Source: Leucoraja erinacea (lineage: Eukaryota). From it: a stretch of 64,000 nt of DNA. The DNA lies in NCBI RefSeq assembly GCF_028641065.1, contig NC_073408.1, positions 1,674,001 through 1,738,000 on the forward strand, written 5' to 3'. Positions 1 through 13,330 of this stretch are shown piece by piece. Position numbers and translations under genes: made by a program. The first letter of the stretch is position 1. Each line of letters begins with the position of its first letter. The notes beneath the pieces are model-generated. The model saw nothing but the letters and a program-made list of their open reading frames with translations. It did not search any database and was not told the origin of the DNA.

Positions 1-1283
1 AACTCTTAAAGGCTACCCTACAGTACGAAATATAAGTGTCTCAGCCGGCTGGTAAGGAAAGCTGCAGAGGCAAAAACACCATTATCTCTTCACTCAAGTG
101 ATTACAGACACATTCAACATCTAATTCTTTAAAAGATTTTGTTTTTAAAAGCCACTGTTGCCAATCTGTCCGTCATGGACCAGACTTCAAAGGTGTATTT
201 GCTTGATTTGGATGCTCTTGAACATCAGCTCAAGAATGACTTAAACTTAAAGTTGAAAGTCAAAATAATTAAACAGGAAGGATATCAGGGTTCTTTGTAA
301 AATGTTCCTTAAGCTAACAATGTACACATCATGGGAGATCATTGCATGCCAAATTCTGTTATATATTGAAACCTATACAACTCATCTCCCAAATATAGAA
401 ATCTGAAGATAAAGCACGCACTGAAAGCAGCAAAGCTCTAACAGTAACTGTCAGTATTCTCACAAACATACCAGAGACACAAAACACACATCCCTCTAAA
501 AATCAAAATGCAAGTCATGTCCAAGAAAGTCAATTAGCTGTAAACCCAGGAAGGGAATAGAAGTTGACTTTGCAGACAAGACTTAATAGTTTTAAACAAA
601 TAAAATAAATGACACTGCTTTGTTCAATAGCAATTACAATATGGTAATAGTAACAACTGTTTTATGTCAAATTCAGGAAGCCAGAACATTGATAAACCTG
701 AAGACATACCGACTTTACTGTATAGCCACTTATGTGCAGTTACAAGGTAGCGTGGTCGAAATGTTCTAACAATTCCTCTCAAAAGTCCAAGTGTCCACCT
801 CACTGGGCCATTTCCATTCCAAATTCTCACTTTGAAATTAACACAATCTAAATTGTCTTCCAAGTCTCCACCATGCAGCTTAATGAAAATGGAACTCCTA
901 TCCTTCGAGACTCCTGTCACTCCAATAGGTTTTTTGAAGCGCAAAACTGAGCAGATTTCTCCAATATTTTGATTTATCTTGGTGCAGCAGATATATTCAA
1001 TATACATTTATTATAAAATCAGTGATCACTATCCTTATCACTGAAACTGAAAAGGGAAATTAATAAAAAGTGCATAATGCATGGCAGAAGTATAGAAGCA
1101 TACACCACTGTCTGGTGGTGTGTCCAACCTCACACAGGACTGATACAAAAAAAACACAAGAATCAGTCACATTCACGCAACAGACTTATGACAGATATTC
1201 TTAAGGTCCAATCAGTTTATTCATGGAAAGATAGTTTCCTGTATTAATTAGACCACATGGAGCACCAGTAAGTGGTCACCCAC

Positions 1284-1489
1284 CTCATCACTGTTGGTGT
1301 CATCTTTGGTTTCTCTGGTTCAATGATGGTGTCTGTTATCATGGAGGCTGCAGAGTTGCTGGAGATTCCTCCACTACCAAAGCCTCCAAACCCAGAGGTC
1401 TTCTTGCCTTGTCTTTCTGCGTCTCTGCGAGCCTGTTGCAATTCCTTGGCCTTTCGGCGCATCTCTGCTTTTGCTTCACGTTCTTGCGT
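1284..1489 (-). CDS. ARCN1: Coatomer subunit delta, exon 4 (gene continues beyond window start)
   Basis: ttttaag|ACG...ATGAG|gtggg, 206 nt; TQEREAKAEMRRKAKELQQARRDAERQGKKTSGFGGFGS... Confidence 0.95.
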
Positions 1490-1859
1490 CTTAAAAGGAA
1501 ATGCAAATAAATTTACATAGCCCAGACTTGAAAGGTTTGCATGTACTACATAGAATATGGATCGTAAATATGGCTTTCATTTTTGAATATTGTGCCCAGC
1601 AGGCAACAAGTGGATTATTTTGGAGTTGAAAAATGTCTTGGTATTTTGGGGATCCATGCAACACTGGCAAGGCCTGCCTTTATTGCCCATTCCTACACCA
1701 ACCCAGGATGATGGCTAATGGCTTCTTGATCTATTTCTTCTGACTAGAGTACAAACACAGAGGCTCGGCAAGAAAATTCCAGCATTTAGACCCAGAGATG
1801 TTAAAGGTTTGTGACACATTTCAGTCAGGATGCGACACGACTTCGGGGCAAGAGACTTT

Positions 1860-2597
1860 GAGATGTAACACCCGTCCCCATACCCTCTCCCTCACCTCCA
1901 ATCAGGGACCCCAGCAGCCCTTCCAGTTGACACATCTGGATTCACGTGCACCTCCTCTAACCTCACCTACTGCAATCAGTGTTCCCGTTGTGGGATCCTG
2001 TACATCGACGAGGCAGAGTATAAACTTGGTGACCGCTTTGCCAAACACTTGCACCTGGCCAGCTGGAACTCTTGGTTGTTAAGCATTTTAATTCCCATTC
2101 CCACACTGACCTTTCTGTCCTGGGCCTCCTCCATACCTAGTGTGAGGCCACATACAAACTGGACCAACAGCACCTCGTATTCTGCTTTGGTAGCTTACAA
2201 CCCAACGGTATGAACATTGAACTTTCTGATTTTAACTAACCCACAATAGTCTTCTTCTTCCTCCCCTTTCTCTCCTTTCTCTCCTCCTCCTCCCCTTCTC
2301 CCCCTTCCCTTGCATCATTTAGAATGGATACCCAGTTTGCAACTCTTTATTTTTTCAGCCTCACACCTCTACATCTCTGGCATTATCCAGCAATCTGCCT
2401 ATCAAATAACCCTCTCGTCTGTGTTCAACTATTACCGGTTGGGATCTGTCCAACCCCTCCTCTCTATTCTTTCTTTCCCACCCCCTCCTACAATCAGCCT
2501 GAAGAAATATTCCAACCCAGAACTTCACCTATCGATGTTCTCCAGGGATGCTGCCTGACCCGCTGAGTTACTCTAGCATTTTATGCCTATCTTTGAT
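1860..2597 (+). mobile_element. Degenerate Penelope-like 3' fragment (GIY-YIG + pLTR) in ARCN1 intron 3
   Basis: Similar to 60985-61415: CTGTACATCG..GAG, CAGCACCTCGTATTC, GGTATGAACATTGA, CT-rich spacer, GATGCTGCCTGACCCGCTGAGTTACT. Confidence 0.8.
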
Positions 2598-2680
2598 TCA
2601 GAAGAGTTTGATATCTAATCTCCTCCTACTTAGTTTTAAAAGTTTGACTGAACCATCAGGATTCTTTTTATCTTGGTTAC

Positions 2681-2860
2681 CTCTCGAACAGCACGGAAAA
2701 CTTTTTCTTCGTGGGAATCCATTTCTGTGAATGTTCTGATCTGGGCAAGATTGACATTTTCACGGTAGCCCAATGCCACAATCTCATCAAAGGCAAAGAT
2801 TAGGTCAAAACAATGTTCTGATATCTCACTCTCTTCCAGCACTCTGCAATACTCTGGAAT
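2681..2860 (-). CDS. ARCN1: Coatomer subunit delta, exon 3
   Basis: tgtag|ATT...CGAGAG|gtaac, 180 nt; IPEYCRVLEESEISEHCFDLIFAFDEIVALGYRENVNLAQIRTFTEMDSHEEKVFRAVRE. Confidence 0.97.
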
Positions 2861-4740
2861 CTACAAAACAAAAAGCAGTTGATCCAAACGCCTTTAAGAC
2901 AGACAAAAATAATCAATTTTAATGGGTTTTAGTCTGTGGTTTGTGAACTTTTTACTAGCTTTCTAGGAATTTAAATCAGTTAGACTTTGGAAATAAATAT
3001 TATAAAGGGAAATAGAAAGCAACTCCTTTGATCGTAGCAAATGTTAACTGAATACAGTATCATAAACTGATACAGATCAGAAGGGGCTCCATTATATGTA
3101 TACCTCCATTCAGGGCTTGTATCCAAAATCACCAACACTACAAAATCAGCAGGGGGTTGCTAAACACAAGGTAAACCATTTCTAAAACTAAATTTGCTTA
3201 GCTCAAGCATTCTTCAATTTTCTAATAAATCAGGCAAAAATAGAGTTGTGCAACACATTCATTCACCTAAACGATATTAACTCAAATAAGCTTTCTAATC
3301 TTAAAGATTATATCTGATAAACTATGCATAATGTTATTTAAAACAGGTCCAAATCCCACTCTCATGTCTTTACCCCCATCACTTTTTAGAACATTTGAGT
3401 AACAATATCTCTTATTCCAGAATCACAGCCTATCTTATACAGGTTCTTCAAATAAAACATTGGCAAATCTTTCTTGAACAGTCATTCCTCAATTATCTTT
3501 CAGAGCTGAAAGTTGGCTCAGACACCTTGAGTTCCAGAACATCGGTTTACAGCTTTACCCTTGGATTCTAAAGATCAGTCACAAGTATTATTTTAACTAA
3601 AGTCCATGGAATTAACTCCTCCTTATACCTCGAGACCGATCTCTAGTAGTTTAGTTTTGGCTACTAAACTACTCTAGAGAAATAACTTGCCTTCAAATGA
3701 CCCAATTTTCAGATCTTTCATTTGAAATTTTAGTTGATTTGACTATTTTTAAATTGCATGCTGACATCACAGACGCAATTCTTCAATCAAGAAAGGAAAT
3801 TAATTGGGAACTAGAGTGAAATGAAATTAGTTCTACAGTGTAATGTAGTGAATACTTCAGTGGGAAATTCACAAGTGAATATTTTATAAGCAATCAGGAA
3901 CTGGGCAAGACATACACATAATAATATTGCATTTTTTAAAAGGTATTGTTTGAGAAATATGCCAAGAGAAAACACTTCCTGATGTTAAATGCCTGCACAA
4001 AATGAGACAGAATAACACCAGATTTTTGATGGTGAAGAAAAAAAAAAGTTGTCATGAAAAATCCTTGTATTGTAACAAAACACTATACATATTTTGTGGC
4101 GCAAAAAATGGATGGATGGCAAGAGAAAGCAAACAGACTACTTTTACTTTTCTTTGCTGCCACTATTAAGGTATAACACCTTCTAAGCTAAGCTAGTTTA
4201 CGATATTACTGGCACAACTATAGCTAGCAATACAGATTGGATATAAAACTTATGATATGGTCAGAATCTCACAATCAGCTGATTCTGAAGTGAGCAAAGT
4301 TAATCTAAATCTCAAAATACACATACACCAACAGGACAGCCATGCTTAAAACTATTAAAAAATTGTTTTTGAATTTTAATCCCCCCCCCAATCATATTTA
4401 TCTTTAAAAAAACACCCGCTTGTCCCCATCTCAAATGGTAGATCCAGCAGCACAAATCTATCTTCCATTTTTCACAAGTTAGAGAGAGTTTTATAACATC
4501 AAATAACTTCCGGATATTTCAGGATCAGTCTATAAAAACATTTGAACCTATCATATGAAGCACAAATACAAAGGTAACAAGGATAATAGAATTGCTGGTG
4601 TACGAGAGGATTTTTTACAAATTAATTTGTATCAATAAACGTTATTTATCCCAGGAGAGAAATTGATAGAGTGCATATTCTAAAATTCAATCCAGTGCAT
4701 TTCACTTTGCGCACACTAATGGCTTGTTTATTGGTCTTAC

Positions 4741-5004
4741 CACTCGAGAGAATAGGCGGAGTGTTTCCAAATCTTCTAGGATGTTGCTATTTTTAGTTGT
4801 GATCAACACCATGTAGAGTTTTTCCAGTGGCTGGTAAACGTACCGCACACTCTCCGTCTCCACAAATGTGTGCTGTTTCCCAGTGTTCATGAGTTTTGGG
4901 AATGCTGCCAGCAAGCCTTCAATACGAGTCCGTGTCATTTCTACAAACTGGCGTGAGACAATTGCCTTCCCGGCCTTGGTGCAGACAGCTGTAGCCAACA
5001 GCAC
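4741..5004 (-). CDS. ARCN1: Coatomer subunit delta, exon 2 (longin domain)
   Basis: ag|GTG...CGAGTG|gtaag, 264 nt; [59 protein letters not shown]...LRLFSRV, near-identical to vertebrate delta-COP. Confidence 0.97.
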
Positions 5005-5161
5005 CTAGAGTGTGGAGGCAAGCAAAAACACAATAGGGGCAAATTTACACCACACAGTAAACTCGGTACAGTAGTTTTTTTTTTAAATTATATTTTTCCT
5101 GCAGCTCAGATATAGGATACAAAATACATAAAGGGAAAAGAGGAAAGCTGGGACATGACTG

Positions 5162-5400
5162 ATAGAAACATAGAAAATAGATGCAGGAGTAGGCCATTCG
5201 GCCCTTCGAGCCTGCACCGCCATTCATATGATCATGGCTGATCATCCAACTCAGTATCCAGTACCTGCCTTCTCTCCATACCCCCTGATCGCTTTAGCCA
5301 CAAGGGCCACATCTAACTCCCTCTTAAATATAGCCAATGAACTGGCCTCAACTACCCTCTGTGGCAGAGAGTTCCAGAGATTCACCACTCTCTGTGTGAA
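5162..5400 (-). mobile_element. CR1 3' tail fragment (young subfamily)
   Basis: Near-identical to 16402-16577, 26898-27241, 54491-54672, 55853-56079 and 63833-64000; older relatives at ~19950-20270, 23700-24290, 25375-25680, 25965-26210, 33975-34335, 34640-35115, 37190-37600, 45325-45600 and 59955-60185. Confidence 0.9.
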
Positions 5401-6689
5401 AAGACTGATGGAAACATTATAACCCAAAATTCCTCGCAACAGATGCGATAAATACTTTTTCCCTTGGAACAAGGAGTTCACTGTGGATTGTCAATTTCAT
5501 TTGTTCTTTAGCACTAATGTGGTGCTGCATTTTTGCAAGAAATCATTGTGCACAATCCTGAGCATAATTATTCTATAATGTTAAAGTATCCAAGTTGCCA
5601 CTACACAAACTTAAAAACATAACTGGTCTCAGTTTCCAGGTTCTATCTATTCAAGAGAAACAGGATAAGATGCTTGTAAAATCCAAATTCTGGATCCAAA
5701 AAAAGAATATTTAGCACTTCTATTCCCAAAGTTGTTTTAATGCCATTTAATATTAATAAGACAATGTTAAATGCATTAATTGGTCAAGAGAAAGAATATA
5801 GAATTTCCAATCCTCAGCAAACTAACAACAAGAGAGACCATCTCCAGCCATGCTGAGCTATTGTAGAAGCACTTTCACTCGCCCAATGGATATTCTGGCA
5901 TATAACCAGCAACTGAAAGTGTACACAAGTAACCAGAAAGTATTAGAACAAAAACATTTATATAGCAGCAGTTTGAAAATGTACAATAAAGCAAATATTC
6001 AAATATATTTGTTGTAAAAAACGTTCCTGATTGAAAATTTCACAGGCAAGGCACTTTTAGAACTGGCTCAAAGAAATTGACATCATAAACAACGAGCTGT
6101 AGTTATAAATAAAATCCCACAAAAAAAGAGAATAATTTCCCAGACCTTGCTGTTTACAGTATCATGATCAAACTAGCTATTCTGCATGAAGGAGTCTGCA
6201 CAATGCCATCATAAACTGGCAAGCCAATTCTAACTCAATACAACTATAATGTAACAATGATTATGAATCCTAGCCAATTTTGATTGCGAGGAGACATTTT
6301 TACCCTGCATATACCTTTCAGCCGTGAAGAATATGCTACCATAAATAAATTTCTCAAACCATGGACCATATCTTCCCATTCCCTTCTCTTGGATTCATCT
6401 ATGACTTTGTAAATCCAGCAATTATCCATTAACAGCAAAACACCTGTGCCCCTAATTGTCGAGTAGGTAAACAGAAAATTTATATTTGAGGCTCAGATCT
6501 GATGAAGCGTATTGGACCTAAAACAAACTCTTTCCTCAGATGCTGCCCGACCCAGCAAGTATTTCCAGCATTTTGTCATTTTCTTTCAGATTTCCAGCAT
6601 CTAATTTTTTTTCCTATCTTCTACCTTTTGTTACTTCTGCATTAGGAATAGATAATACCAAATATTTACACACACATTAATGACTGCCA

Positions 6690-7967
6690 TGTTTAAGAGG
6701 GAACTGCAGATGCTGGAAAATCGAAAGTAGACAAAAATGCTGGAGAAACTCAGCGGTTGAGGCAGCATCTATCCAGCGAAGGAAATAGCCAACATTTCGG
6801 GTTGAGACCCTTCTTCAGACTGATGTGAGGGTGGTGGGGCGGGAAGAAGAAAGGAAGAGGTGGAGACAGTGGGCTGAGGGAGAGCTGGGGAGGAGAAAGC
6901 CGGGACTACCTGAAATTAAAGAAGTCAATGTTCATACTGCTGGGGTGTAAACTGCCCAAGCGAAATACGAGGTGCTGCTCCTCCAATTTGCAGTGGGCCT
7001 CATTCTGGCCATGGAGGAGGCTCAGGACAGAAAGGTCGGATTCGGAATGGGAGGGGGCGTTGAAGTTCTGAGCCACCGGGAGATCAGGTTAGTTATTGCG
7101 AAATGAGCGGAGGTGTTGGGCGAAGCGATCGCCAAGCCTACGCTTGGTCTCACCAATGTAGAGCAGCTGACACCTAGAGCAGCGGATGCAATAGATGAGG
7201 TTGGGGGCGGTGCAGGTGAACCTCTGCCGCACCTGGAAAGACTGCTTGGGTCCTTAAATGGAGTCAAACGAAAAGTTGTTACGGGTAAGGGCCAGCTCCG
7301 CTAGGCGGAGGAGTGTATCAGTAGACGGGGATTGGTTGGTTCAGCGGTCGTGGAAGAAACGGAGAGCTTTAAGACCCTCCTGGTGGGGGATGGATGTGTA
7401 GAGTGACTGGACATCCATGGTGAAGATGAGGGAATGGGGGCCTGGAAAACGGAAGTGATGGAGTAGACGAAGAGCGTGTGAGGTGTCTTGAACATGGGTA
7501 GGGAGGGATTTAACCAGGGGGGGGGGGGGGAGGAGGAGATATGGATGGAGTCGAGGAATGTGGAAATAAGTTTGGTAGGACACGAACAGGCAGAAACAAT
7601 GGGACTGCCAGGTCAGTCTGGTTTGTGGATTTTGGGGAGAAGGTAAAATCGGGCCGTGCGGGGTTGGGGAACGATGAGGTTGGAGGCTTGGGAGGGCAGG
7701 GAGCCGGAAGTGATGAAGTCAGTGATAGTGTTAGAGATAGTGGCCTGGTGCTCGTCTGTGGGGTCATGGTCCATAAGTAGGAGGAGGTGTCTGAGAGTTG
7801 GCGCGTGGCCTCAGCCTTGTAGAGATCAGCGCGCCAGACTACCACGCCACCTCCCTTGTCAGCAGGTTTGATCACCCAGTCTGGGTTGTTGCAGAGTGAG
7901 TGGAGGGCTGTACGTTCAGGGGGGGAGAGGTTAGAGTGAGAAAGGGGAGTGGAGAAGTTGATGCGGT
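6690..7967 (-). mobile_element. Penelope-like element, 5'-truncated and internally deleted
   Basis: Minus-strand remnants VIKPADKGGGVVVW, FYLLPKIHK, IFTMDVQSLYTSIPH (RT) joined to YCIRC...LYIGETKRRLGDRFAQHL (GIY-YIG); ends in CTGAAGAAGGG...CCCGAAA and ...CAGTTCCCCTCTTAAACA; flanked by ATGACTGCCA(TG) at 6680 and 7968. Confidence 0.92.
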
Positions 7968-9434
7968 ATGACTGCCATGCTGCTTTCACCACACTCCACC
8001 CAACAGAATAATGAGGGCAATGTTTAATTGCCAAATTGGCACCATTCAATCACACCGACTATGTTCAATTTTCCTCTCCCCCGATAGACAAGTATAGAAA
8101 AGTCAAATTCCCTCTAGAAAAACAATATCAGGTACCGTTATTCACGTTGGATTACTAGCGATATTGATCGTGATAGTTTCATTTCCACAAATAATTTATC
8201 AAGCATCAGATGTCACATAACTTTAACAGAGTTAACGTCCAACTGTTACAAAACCGTTTGGAGAAAAATTAGTTAACAATGAAAATTTTTCTGTGTTAAA
8301 TATCACGGAAATCATTTTTGAAGATGAAATATCATTGGCTCTTTCAGAATATTTAGGTTCGTGATCAGATCACATGTAGGATTCAACTTCTCCCATGCCT
8401 GGAACGGGGAGTGCTTTGTTTAGGCAGAAGAACAAGTGACGGCACAACCAAACCTTAATTAATTTAAGACTTGCCTAGTCACACACATCACTACTATTAC
8501 ACTTGTTCCGTACACTCAAGCCCACAAGGAACTGGATGTCGCATTCCTAGAAAATGGTCCATGTTGGAAATTTCTAGAATGCAAAACCGAGTCATCTGTG
8601 CCTGTATTAAGACACAAGTTGAAAACATTTGACATTTATTTTTTTCTGTATCTCAATTATTTTGGGTAGTTATTTATGAATTTTGCAATCATTCATTCAG
8701 AGATAATGTCAGAAAAAGCACTTCAACCCGATGGCAAAAAAGCAATACAATTCTGGAACTCTCCCTAGAAAAACACTATTTAGGCTATGGGTCAACTCAA
8801 AATGTAGTTTGAGAAGATTTCTTTATCCTTCACTAAACAAAACAAAAAGATCAAGCAGAGGTACATTTACATCAGCTGTGACCGAATGCGATTATACAAT
8901 AGCTGAGTAATGAATGAGCCTTCATTCATTAAATCAGTTCATTTCCAACTTACAAACAGTTCTCAGGAGTGGAACCTGGAGACTGCCTGTGATATAAAAA
9001 TTAAAGAATTTGTTTCGATATTTAAAGAATATAAACTGCATCATTTCAAAGCACTATCTCCTCGTCTCAGTGACTGCAAACATGAAGCCAAACGTTTAGG
9101 GGATCAAGTCATAGTCCAGGCCTCAAATGAGAAACATCACCATTCATTTAATTTAACAACATTTATCCTTCAACTAATACCCTTATAGATAATTTCTTTC
9201 ATATGGGAACAAGTTTTTGCATACTTTGCTATTTAATCAAAATCTCCGCATTCTAGCCACAGAGCAAATAATACAAAATGTATCACTACTTCCTTACACA
9301 TGTGGACAAGTTCAATCTGTGTCTTTCATATGGCTCATCCAAAAACTATGTACACAGGAGGGTCGCAGCTACTTTGTATCGAGGGGTACAAAGGATACTT
9401 CTAAACCCACCTAAACCAACCTCTTTACTAACTA

Positions 9435-9677
9435 TGTTTAAGAAGGAACTGCAGATGCTGGAGAATCGAAGGTTACACAAAAAAGCTGGAGAAACTCAGC
9501 GGGTGCAGCAGCATCTATGAAGCGAAGGAAATAGGCAACGTTTCGGGCCGAAACCCTTCTTCAGACTGCAGAAATGAATCCGTCTGAAGAAGGGTTTCGG
9601 CCCGAAACGTTGCCTATTTCCTTCGCTCCATAGATGCTGCTGCACCCGCTGAGTTTCTCCAGCTTTTTTGTGTAACC
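9435..9677 (-). mobile_element. Penelope-pLTR-derived fold-back element (most complete copy)
   Basis: ~96-bp inverted arms (~9471-9566 / ~9582-9677) around a 15-nt loop, plus 36-nt tail; TSD CTCTTTACTAA(C/A)TA at 9421-9434 and 9678-9691. Confidence 0.9.
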
Positions 9678-11019
9678 CTCTTTACTAAATAGCCTAGCTT
9701 GGCCTCTAATCCCCCGGAAGAAATGAAAATGGGTTGTCAAAAGATTACTGTATACCATAGCCATAATTTTATCAAGAGATATGCGATTTTAAAAATCTAC
9801 CAGTCATGACAGTTAACAATGAAAGATTTAACAGTGAAATGCACTACAATGTCAATTCCCAATGCAAAACACTATATCCGTCGCCTGGTAGAGTACGAGT
9901 TTCAATTGCAGTCTGCACCTAGGTACAAAATCTTAAATTGGTAAATCCAGAGAATTTAATACGTAAATTGTTTAAGAACAGTGTACTATGGTGTGCCAGA
10001 ATTACCACATTTAATGTCAACAAATCAAAATTATTTGAAGAATTTTCCCTTTTCAGCAGGCCTTCGGTGGGTAGGTGATGGGTATTATATATTTCTGCAT
10101 TGACCTCCAGTTATTTATCCCCCATAAGCGAAGATATTCTCCACGTCTACTCTCATTACATTAAAGACTTGGCAAACCAAAACAACCCCCCCAAAATAAT
10201 CAGATTTCTCTTTATGAAAGAAGGTTTCAACCTATTCAGTCTTTTAAAACTTCTGAAACAATTCAATAGCTCTGATCAGTCAAACACAGCAAGCAAAGCA
10301 CAGGTGACCCCGCATTACAGCAGATCCCATATGGAAACTTTCCATATAGAATTTACAAATTTGAGTAAAAATCTGGGAAACAGAATTAAAATATGTGCTC
10401 TTACAAAATCTGTCAAAAAGTAAACAAATATATATATTTTTTCCCCCCAATTCATTTTTTGACAGATGTGCAGATGATGCAGTTTTGGTTAAGGAAAATG
10501 TGAGAGACCATTTTCTAGGAACACAACCCCCTCATGATGCAGGGGTCACCCGTATTACAGACACTCGTCTGCACAACCGGTGGCTCACTTTGCTACTGTT
10601 TGCTTAAAAATGTAGCTTTGTCAGAGTTAATTAGCACCGCCAGCCAAATTCAGTCATACTGTCATGGTCTTTAAATATGCATTAACTAACATATGCAAAG
10701 CAAAATATGTAAAACCCAGACAGGCTCTTACTTAACAATATTATTTGACATGTCTTCCTGAACTTGTGGCATGAAAATAGAAAAATAATTTGTCAGTCAC
10801 TTTGTCCCTCAAACCTGACCTAAATATTCCACAACAGTCAAGACTGGTCAAAATACAACAGGCTAATCTGTGCCCATATCCAAAACTCCCAATATTCACC
10901 AGAGCTCCATCATAAAGATTAACAACCAAACATTTGCCTAATGACACAAAATAAAGAAAACTGCATTCTTATCATCACCTTTTTCTCTTTTCTGAAATAC
11001 CACAATTCTTGGTTCTGGG

Positions 11020-11830
11020 GTTCTCTAAGTGCCAGGTGTTTAGAAGCGGCAGACTTCTTTGGGAGAATTGCTTAAACAATATGAAGATAATCCAACTCAG
11101 AAAGTGGTCCTATTGGACATTGTACTGGGGAACAAGTGTGATCCAAATTTCAGTGATGGAACATTTTTGGAACGGGGATCATAACGCTGTAAGTTTTAAG
11201 ATAGTTACAGGTAAGGGTGAAAGTGGTCCTAAAGTGAAAGGGCTACATTGGGGAAAGGAACAGGAAAAAGTACATTTGGAATAATTGTTTGGTTGTAAAT
11301 CCACATATGATAAGTGGCAGTTTTTTAAAGGCCTGTTGTTTAGTGACCAAAATGGTCCTGTGAGATGAAAGGTGAGAATAGTATGGTTCGAAAATCTTAA
11401 ATGACAAGAGATATTCCAAGTTTAGTCGAAAAGAAACTTGTGCAAAGTTTAGGAAACTAAAATCGGACAAGGCCCTTAGGATAAAGGAAACAGGAAAGAA
11501 GGAATTGGGAAAGCTTAAAGGGGACATGTCATGTCCTCAGCAAGTAAGATTAAAGAGAATCCCAAGACATTTTGTACATGCATGAGGAGAAAGCTGGTAG
11601 AGGAGGAAATTTATAGATGGGGCCAGAGGAAGTGAACAATACTCGTTACAGTATTTTGTATCTGTATTCACTAAGGAAAAGGATGGATGACAATTAAATC
11701 AGACAAGGGCATGGTGATATTTTAAGGCATGTAAATATTAAGGAAGTGTTGGAGTGTCTTGAAAAATGTTGAAGAGGCCAAGTGGCCAGGGTCTGATTGA
11801 ATTTATCCTAGGATATCGAGGGAGGCAACG
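11020..11830 (+). mobile_element. Old CR1 ORF2 fragment (post-endonuclease region)
   Basis: Decayed LDIVLG...EHF..GDHN.VSF...KENPKTF motifs; related piece at ~29570-29940. Confidence 0.65.
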
Positions 11831-13109
11831 GAAGGGGGCAATGGGACAATTAGAGTTGGATAAATGCCGACCTCAACGTATACTTAATTTACACTTGTTG
11901 TGAAGATGCCATCCAAAATACCCAATATTTACAGCCAATGGCAGGAAACAAAATTAGTGCTAAAAGCATGAAAATGTACATGACCATATGTTTAACACCA
12001 GTTGCAATTTTGAATTCCAAGTCAAACATTTTGTTCCCTTAAATTTAAAGATGAAAATCTTAATCCGCATTTTAACAAATGACAAATGGTGGAATTTCAT
12101 CACCCTGATGCACTTCTCCCCACCGTCAACTTTATACTCAAAAAAACTGACAAAGCCAACATGAAAAATTAAATAATTATACTTTAGGTTATATAGATTG
12201 TCAATACTAACACAAGTGAATTAACAAATAAATGAACCATGACTAGATCTGCTTTTTCGCAATGCACTATATGATGATGTGTCATATCCACACCACACAG
12301 AAAAAAAATGCCAGTCCTCTTGTTACTTACTCGATGCTGAAAGGAGTGTGTTGAGGGGAGACCCAGAAGGCACAAACATCTAATATAAAAACCAAGACTT
12401 AAATACAGCATTTGTTGCAAATATTTCAGAATCCTTAACTTCTGTCAAGTTAAGCAATCACTTTGGATTAAGCAACCTGCTTAAAGAAAAAATATATTTG
12501 TATTGCAATATTTCAGTAATTTCTTCTCAGTAATAGGAGAATGCTAAAGAAATACATGATTAAGAAGTGAATGCCGTATTCAACCTAACCCTTAAAGAGG
12601 ACTGGCTTGAGAAGTGAAGCGTCCAGGTCCACTTAAGGATATGTCAAAGAGTATTTCAAAGCAATTCAGCTAAAGGGGGAGGATGCTGGTTTGCACCGAA
12701 GACACAAAAAGCTGGAGAAACTCAGCCAGACAGGCAGCAGCATCTCTGGAGAAAAGGAATAGGTGACGTTTCGTGGTAGAAACAAAACACAAGGGGCCTC
12801 CACTCCCGAATAAATAAAACCCAGCCGAGGTTCGGTTCCATATTTGACACATACAATTATCTCAGTCCTCTCTCATCCACTATTGGAAACTCCAACGAGT
12901 ATGGTTTAACAAAATAAAGGTGAAGTTGGGCCTTAGATGAAATTAAAGCTGGTGTTGCCGGGCAGCAGGAGCGGCGATGGGGGAAGTGAGAGCAGATTCC
13001 AACTCTTTGTGGAGACCAAATATACTGCGGCCTAGTGACACTGGCTCGGCGCCGGCCCGGGCCCTCCACCCCCTCTCAACACACACACTACACACACCGG
13101 CCCGCTTAC

Positions 13110-13112
13110 CAT
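13110..13112 (-). CDS. ARCN1: ARCN1 coding exon 1 (ATG only)
   Basis: Minus strand reads GCGGAG ATG|GTAAGC in a CpG-rich region; ATG-only first coding exon, in phase 0 with exon 2 (VLLATAVC). Confidence 0.85.
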
Positions 13113-13330
13113 CTCCGCGACGTCTGCGAGCCTCTTCTCGAGATGGCGGAAGGTGGTGCGGCGGTGGGGGAGAGTGGGGGCGGCGGGCAGGCGGGTAATC
13201 ACACACAGGGAGACAGGGAGACAGGGAGACAGGCAGTCAGCGCCCGGAATATGGCAGCGGCGGCGGCGGCGGCGGCCACGTCTCCAAGCGGAAGCGCGCA
13301 CCCCGCCGGGTCAGAGGGCAGCGCCACATT
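13113..13330 (-). promoter_or_regulatory. ARCN1 CpG-rich promoter/5'UTR
   Basis: GC/CpG-rich stretch upstream of the ATG with a YY1-like GAGATGGCGG (13140-13149), GC boxes, a (GCG)n run and an ETS-like CGGAAG (~13289). Confidence 0.6.

Noticed and set aside
624-1007. 127-aa minus-strand ORF downstream of ARCN1 exon 4
   Set aside because: Does not resemble the next delta-COP exon; intronic chance ORF.
9435-9677. Palindromic repeats as CRISPR array, terminators or pre-miRNA genes
   Set aside because: Eukaryotic DNA; dispersed copies with TSDs and Penelope-derived sequence, no repeat-spacer periodicity.
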